DNA of 64,000 nucleotides from an uncultured Pseudomonadota bacterium (GTDB lineage Bacteria; Pseudomonadota; Alphaproteobacteria; RUG11792): NCBI GenBank assembly GCA_902798535.1, contig CADBWU010000001.1, positions 7,053 to 71,052 of the forward strand, read 5' to 3'. Shown piece by piece: positions 57,384 to 64,000 of this stretch (position 1 is its first letter; each line of letters starts with the position of its first letter). The notes under the pieces were generated by a model. It saw only the letters and a program-made list of their open reading frames with translations, ran no database searches and was not told where the DNA came from. The position numbers and the translations under genes were made by a program.

Positions 57384-58514
57384 TTGGATTTTTCGGATAG
57401 GATGCCATATTTTTTATCTACATTAACTTTTTTCCTATTATTGGGCGTCGTTGTGGTTGTGCACGAACTCGGTCACCTGATAATAGCTCGCATGAATGGT
57501 GTTTTTTGTGAGGCATTCTCATTTGGTTTTGGAAACGTCCTTTTTAAAAAGAAAGACAGGAAGGGAACCGAATGGCGGATATCGCTATATCCTCTGGGTG
57601 GATACGTCAAGATGCTCGGGGATGCTGATGTATCAAGCGTGAGAGAAGTAATGCCCGAAGGATATACCGAAGAAGACATGGAGCGTATGTCCGTGCATCG
57701 CAAAAAGCCATGGCAAAAGTTGCTAATCGCGGCCGGTGGGCCTTTTGCTAATTTTGTATTTGCGATTTTAGTTCTTTTCACATTGTCGACAATTAACGGA
57801 GTGCCGGAATATAACAATACAATAACTGTTATGTCAGAGCAAAATTTAGCTTACAAATCTGGGCTTCGAACAGGGGATGTTATCACAAAAGCGAACGACA
57901 CAGAAGTGAATAATTTCATAGACATAGCAAAGCAAGTAAAAATTTCCGCGGGAAAAGCATTGAAACTTGAATTGAAGCGAGATGGTGAAACGAAGGAATT
58001 CAATATTGAGATGTTTGGGCGAACAGATGATGGGATAAAACCAATTCAAAGTCTTGGCATTTCGCCGAAAGGCTTCAAATACAAAAAAGTTTCAATTCTA
58101 CAGTCTGCAAAATTAGCGATATTGACGACCTGGCATTTAGCTTATTCGAATATAGAGGCTGTTTGCAAGATAGCCACTGGCGCAATGAGCACGAAGAATG
58201 TCGGAGGAATAATCTCGATTTTTAAGGTTTCTTCCGATAGCGCCGAGGCAGGGATTGTGAGTTTCATAACCATGATTGCAATGATATCAATCATATTGGG
58301 GGCCATAAACCTTCTGCCAATACCTGTCTTGGACGGCGGTTCGATAGCAATTGCAGCTATAGAGTGGGTTATCGGGAAACCGCTAAACAAGAAATTCGTA
58401 AATGTAATATTTACGGTTGGATTGGTAGCAGTAGTTGGTCTGATGCTGTTGGGAATGTGGAATGACCTGGTAAGTATCAAGTTTTTTAGTTGGATGGAGA
58501 GTTTGATAAAATGA
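57384..58514 (+). CDS. rseP: RIP zinc metalloprotease RseP (site-2 protease)
   Basis: HELGHL in TM1, a PDZ domain, NLLPIPVLDGG. The track start is a TTG at 57384. The ATG at 57402 (MPYFLSTLTFF) is an equally plausible start. Confidence 0.9.
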   Translation: MDFSDRMPYFLSTLTFFLLLGVVVVVHELGHLIIARMNGVFCEAFSFGFGNVLFKKKDRKGTEWRISLYPLGGYVKMLGDADVSSVREVMPEGYTEEDMERMSVHRKKPWQKLLIAAGGPFANFVFAILVLFTLSTINGVPEYNNTITVMSEQNLAYKSGLRTGDVITKANDTEVNNFIDIAKQVKISAGKALKLELKRDGETKEFNIEMFGRTDDGIKPIQSLGISPKGFKYKKVSILQSAKLAILTTWHLAYSNIEAVCKIATGAMSTKNVGGIISIFKVSSDSAEAGIVSFITMIAMISIILGAINLLPIPVLDGGSIAIAAIEWVIGKPLNKKFVNVIFTVGLVAVVGLMLLGMWNDLVSIKFFSWMESLIK

Positions 58515-61102
58515 AAAAAATAGTAGGAAGCATAGTTTTAGGACTAGTAATAGCGAACAATGCCGGAGCCGTGAAGGTTACGGATATAAAATACATCGGA
58601 TGTGAACGTATAGAAAAAGAGACGATAAGTACGTATTTTCCAATACAAGTTGGAGATGAGTGCGATACCGAAACCATCAATGAAGCTTTGAAAGCTCTGA
58701 AAGAAACGAATTTTTTTAGAGATGTTAAAGTTAGGATGTCGGGCTCGACTGTTATAGTTGAGGTTCAAGAGGCACCGATGATAAACAAGATATCGTTTGA
58801 AGGAAATTCTAAATTGTCAGATGCAGATATAAAGAAGGCAATCAAGCTGGGCTCACATGAACCTCTGTCTCCGGCCAAGGTGAAGGAAGTGCAGCAAGGC
58901 TTATTGCAGATATACCGTAAGATGGGACGGTATAACGCAACAGTGACACCAAAAATCATCAAATTAAAAGACAATCGTGTCAATTTGGTTTATGAGATAA
59001 AGGAGGGTGTTGCAGCTGGCATTAGCAAGATAATTTTTGTTGGCAATGAAAAAATATCATCATCTGACCTAAGAGACGTCATCCATTCAAAAGTGAAAAA
59101 ATGGTTCAGGTTCTTCGTCACTGACGATATATACGACGAGGATCGGCTAGAAGAAGACAAAATGATAATAACGAAATATTACCAAGAACAAGGATATATG
59201 GATGCGCGAGTGCTTTCTGCCGTGGCAGAATTGGCTCCGAATAAAGCATCTTTTGTTTTGACGTTCACGATAGATGAAGGTAAGTTATACACATTTGACA
59301 ACATATCTGTTAAATCGCATCTCGCTAAAGTTACTGAAAAAGGCCTTGATAAAGATTTGTTTTGCCGAAAAGGCGATGTCTATTGCGCATCGTTTATCGA
59401 GGCTGATGCTCATAAGATAGCACGAATGGTCGGACAAAGAGGCTTTCCTACGGTTAATGTTACGCCCAGCATAAAGAGAAATTCTGCAAAAAATACTGTA
59501 GGAGTTGCGTTTAATATAACTGAAGGTGAAAAAATTTACATATCCAAAATCGTAATCAGCGGAAACACAAAAACCAGAGACCACGTCATACGCCGAGAAA
59601 TAGTTCTTCAGGAAGGGGACGCATATAATCAATCGTTTGTTAAGATGTCAGAAGGCAAACTTAGAGAGTTAGGCTTTTTCGATAAAGTCGATATACAGGC
59701 AATACCCGACCCGAATTCGCCAGACAAATGCATACTTCATGTAACTGTGTCTGAAGCGCCAACTGCTGAAGCAATGGCAAATGCATCCTATTCGACCACG
59801 AGCGGTTTTGGATTTGAATTACAATACAACGAACAAAACTTTTTGGGCACTGGAAAAACATTATCGGTATTCTTAGGTTCAAGTCGTGCAGCATCAGGAA
59901 AAAGTCGAATAACAAAAGAAGATGGCTCGACGGGCAAGGATGACAAAAAGGCAAAGTTCAGGTTTTTGAACAACGTTCAACTATCAGTCTCGGATCCTCA
60001 CATCTTTGATAAAGATATGGAAGGTTCAGTTTCATTCCACCGTAATGTGAATTCGATATTCGATGCCTTCAATACCAACGAGATCGGAATAGGCTTGGGG
60101 CTGAGCTATGAACTCAGTCCTCGTTGGACGCAAGATTGGGGCTATACCCTAGACAGGCGTAAGTTCCAGGATGTCAGCAAGACTGCATCTCCAATAATTT
60201 TGGCTCAAGTTCAAAAGCGTGATGGTGACAATGTTTCGACAAAAAGTGCAACGAATATACTGTCAGAGCTAAGACACACAATTGCTTATAACACATATTT
60301 CATACGCGGATTAAAAGGGTCGATGAGCGTGTCTTTGGCAACATCAATAGCTGGATTTGGTGGCAATGCTAGACATATAAAGAATGTCTTGACAGGGGTG
60401 TATGTGATGCCTGTGTTTAGACGGTCTAAGCTATCCTTCTCATTGTCTACTGGTATGATAAATAAGCTCGGAGGCAAGGATCCGAATATAATGGATAGCT
60501 TCATTTATGGAGCAGATTCTTTCCGAGGCTTTGAATATGCGGGGGTTGGTCCAATTGCTTCAACATTGATGCAGACAAATGAGAAACAGATAGCAGATCA
60601 ACGGACTAAGCTCGCTCAATGGCAGGCTCTTCCACCGGCACAACAAACAGCGCAACCACAACCAGTAGTTCCAGATCCTGCATACAGATCTCAGAAGGAT
60701 TTCCTTGGAGCGAAGAAGTTCTGGAAAGGCACGATAGAATACACATTTCCTCTGGGACTGCCTGAAGAATTGCAGTTCAGAGGATTTATATTCACAGATA
60801 TAGGTGCTCTCTGGGATGCTCCAAACAAGAAGAACAAATTCATTGAAGCACAAGAGGGGCAACCAGCTATAGCTGACAAGGCTGGACTAGAACATGATCC
60901 CATTGCATTCAAGATGGAAGACAACACCACTGTGAAAGGACAGAAAATATTTGATAAGTGCAAGATACGGCAATCCATCGGATTGGGTATCTCATTTGTA
61001 ACCCCATTCGGCCCGATAAAATTAACGTATGCAAAACCCATCACGAAAGGCAAGTATGACGAACAACAAAGGTTCTTATTTGGCTTCTCATCATCATTCT
61101 AA
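58511..61102 (+). CDS. bamA: Outer membrane protein assembly factor BamA
   Basis: Start ATG 58511 (GGAGAG upstream, ATGA overlap with the rseP stop) gives signal peptide MKKIVGSIVLGLVIANNAGA. Five POTRA-like repeats, C-terminal barrel ending RFLFGFSSSF. Confidence 0.92.
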   Translation: MKKIVGSIVLGLVIANNAGAVKVTDIKYIGCERIEKETISTYFPIQVGDECDTETINEALKALKETNFFRDVKVRMSGSTVIVEVQEAPMINKISFEGNSKLSDADIKKAIKLGSHEPLSPAKVKEVQQGLLQIYRKMGRYNATVTPKIIKLKDNRVNLVYEIKEGVAAGISKIIFVGNEKISSSDLRDVIHSKVKKWFRFFVTDDIYDEDRLEEDKMIITKYYQEQGYMDARVLSAVAELAPNKASFVLTFTIDEGKLYTFDNISVKSHLAKVTEKGLDKDLFCRKGDVYCASFIEADAHKIARMVGQRGFPTVNVTPSIKRNSAKNTVGVAFNITEGEKIYISKIVISGNTKTRDHVIRREIVLQEGDAYNQSFVKMSEGKLRELGFFDKVDIQAIPDPNSPDKCILHVTVSEAPTAEAMANASYSTTSGFGFELQYNEQNFLGTGKTLSVFLGSSRAASGKSRITKEDGSTGKDDKKAKFRFLNNVQLSVSDPHIFDKDMEGSVSFHRNVNSIFDAFNTNEIGIGLGLSYELSPRWTQDWGYTLDRRKFQDVSKTASPIILAQVQKRDGDNVSTKSATNILSELRHTIAYNTYFIRGLKGSMSVSLATSIAGFGGNARHIKNVLTGVYVMPVFRRSKLSFSLSTGMINKLGGKDPNIMDSFIYGADSFRGFEYAGVGPIASTLMQTNEKQIADQRTKLAQWQALPPAQQTAQPQPVVPDPAYRSQKDFLGAKKFWKGTIEYTFPLGLPEELQFRGFIFTDIGALWDAPNKKNKFIEAQEGQPAIADKAGLEHDPIAFKMEDNTTVKGQKIFDKCKIRQSIGLGISFVTPFGPIKLTYAKPITKGKYDEQQRFLFGFSSSF

Positions 61103-61108
61103 AAAAAC

Positions 61109-61142
61109 AGCACTAGAGGGATCTCTGCACTCCTCTAGTGCT
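61109..61142 (+). terminator. Probable terminator after bamA
   Basis: AGCACTAGAGG-gatctctgcact-CCTCTAGTGCT followed by TTGTG, beginning 7 nt after the stop. The U-tract is weak. Confidence 0.4.
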
Positions 61143-61536
61143 TTGTGAATGGGGAAGCAAATTGGCTCCGCTTATCAAACCAGTATCAAGAAACACGGAA
61201 ATTTAACAGATAACCTACCAGCTAAAATCCGGTAGGTTATTTAATCAATAATTCATCCATAATCCTTTCAATTATTCGAAGCCCACGTCCCTCCAAAGAC
61301 AGCATTACATCATGAGATTTTATCTCCACATTTGTCTTAGTTTCTGCATTTATATCCCCCTCTCTTCGTAACTCCGTTCACTCGTGAAGCCTTTATAGCC
61401 TCCCAACACTTTGTAAGAGCCGAATCACCATTTATGCAAAAGCCAACATACCTCCTGCTTATCCGTTGACCAGCCCAGTAAGTAAACATTTTAGGTGTTT
61501 TTTTTGATAAGGTGTGTATTGTGTCACGAAAAGCTT

Positions 61537-62766
<1,230 letters not shown>

Positions 62767-62924
62767 CTAAAATAATATGTTTTTATCAAATAAGGGAAAA
62801 AGGATTTTGTCATCATTTTATACCTCTGCCAGTGTTCTATGACCGATGCTTAAGATAAGCATTAATCATCATCCTGCTTGCGCCTATGTTTCCCCAAACG
62901 TGTTATGAACTTATATACTAATAC

Positions 62925-62958
62925 ACTAACTCCGTTGGATTACTAACTCCGTTGGATT
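62925..62958. repeat. Perfect tandem duplication of a 17-mer (ACTAACTCCGTTGGATT x2)
   Basis: Read directly, in the tgt / secreted-protein divergent intergenic region. Confidence 0.9.
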
Positions 62959-63162
62959 ATATATTCTAAATATAATCCCGGAGACCATTTTTGTCTCACA
63001 CATTTGTGAACTTGGACGTGAAATACAATGAAACAGATTCTGAATAAACAAATCTTATACGTTTTCTGGTCATCACAGATATAGTTAGCAAAATTTTTGT
63101 TGACGTCATCAGAACTGTGTGAGAACCTGAAAATAGGGATGGATTTTGTAGAAGGAGAAAAA

Positions 63163-63735
63163 ATGAAGAAGTCCATGATATTGCTAGGTAGTGCATTAAG
63201 TTTTGCACTTATGTTTGGTCAAAGTTCATACGCCGCGGATGAAGAAGATAGTCGTATAGATACTGTCGAAATGCAGGATAAAGAACACGCTGATGAAAAA
63301 ACACATAAGAAGAGCAAGTGTCACAAAAAGCATGATTGCAAAAATGTGAAAAAGAAATTGGAGAAAATTATCAAAAAAATAGAAGAAAGTGAATCTCTGT
63401 TTACAACAGAACCAGCAAAATATTTTAAACAAGTAAGCTTTAATGCAATGCTGCTTTTGAAGGCATACAAATGTTGTGAAAAGGCAAAGGATTGCAAAGA
63501 TTGTGCCCCATCGGATCAGCATGTAGAAATCGTAAAATTACACGCAACTATGTTCGAAGCCTGGGCTAATGCGGCAAAAGAAGATAAAAAAGATGAATCT
63601 CTGTTGTCAAATGCCCACGACAAAGTTCCAGAGATAATCAAAAACGCTAAGTATTTGCTGGAGAATTGCTGTAAAAAAGCAGATAAAAATTCTAAAGAAG
63701 AGCCCGCCTCAACTTCAGAAGAAAAGGACGAATAG
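63163..63735 (+). CDS. Secreted lysine/acid-rich protein with paired cysteines (hypothetical)
   Basis: My start is ATG 63163 (GGAG 6 nt upstream): MKKSMILLGSALSFALMFGQSSYA, then K/E/D-rich sequence with KCHKKHDCKN, YKCCEKAKDCKDC and ENCCKK. The track ORF begins at 63097. Confidence 0.6.
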   Translation: MKKSMILLGSALSFALMFGQSSYAADEEDSRIDTVEMQDKEHADEKTHKKSKCHKKHDCKNVKKKLEKIIKKIEESESLFTTEPAKYFKQVSFNAMLLLKAYKCCEKAKDCKDCAPSDQHVEIVKLHATMFEAWANAAKEDKKDESLLSNAHDKVPEIIKNAKYLLENCCKKADKNSKEEPASTSEEKDE

Positions 63736-64000
63736 CAATTCGATAACATAAATCATTCAAGAGGAGCGTTTTTCTATGGATTTATTCTAGAAACATTCCT
63801 CTTGATTGCGCCTTGCGTTCTATGCTCAGTCACAAAAATTGCGTAAAACGTTGGCTCTTGACTAGCACTCCTGGGGCGGATAAGGAGAAAGTACAAGCTT
63901 TGGGGGGCATAATATATGAGATGATTTTGTGACAATAGTATTGCTGGATTTTTATCCATAAATAGCAACACAATTAATGCGTATTTTAACGAATTTCGCG

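Overview
AT-rich bacterial chromosomal segment. It is densely coding and mostly housekeeping: typA, rho, slt, serS, lgt, mltG, ald, xerC/D-like, dnaQ, pssA, recF, leuS, xseB, carD, rimP-nusA-infB, gpmI, dciA-like, murB, recJ, rseP-bamA and tgt. There are six tRNA genes, all with an encoded CCA end. I saw no rRNA, no CRISPR array, no intact IS element and no prophage genes.

Gene content (CarD/CdnL, a DUF721/DciA-type loader, rseP-bamA linkage, TTAA-N7-TTAAC boxes) together with many secreted, eukaryote-interaction-type proteins suggests a host-associated, probably intracellular, alphaproteobacterium-like organism. That is inference, not proof.

Notable accessory content:
- **T6SS trio (33090-39762):** a stand-alone, translationally coupled tssK-tssL-tssM trio with no other type VI genes in the window. 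It sits just downstream of a pilin-less lipoprotein secretin, a GspE/PilB-type ATPase and comF (28213-32701).
- **Deubiquitinase (55585-57300):** a eukaryotic-type USP (peptidase C19) deubiquitinase with a signal peptide. It lies in a small islet that also holds a frameshifted TIR-like/TM gene pair and an IS3-like transposase relic (53640-55560).
- **Poly-G paralogue (49243-50369):** a paralogue of the USP protein's N-terminal domain. An 11-nt poly-G tract separates its ATG and strong RBS from the body of the ORF. A 117-bp GC-rich double palindrome lies just upstream.
- **Other secreted or surface candidates:** two BspA/DUF285-type LRR paralogues, a 731-aa coiled-coil protein and two small highly charged secreted proteins.
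- **DnaA-box clusters:** two clusters, at about 10920-11222 and 30069-30251. The second also has a CtrA-type box and iteron-like repeats. Both are origin or regulatory candidates.

All functional calls rest on motifs read directly from the translations. No database search was possible.
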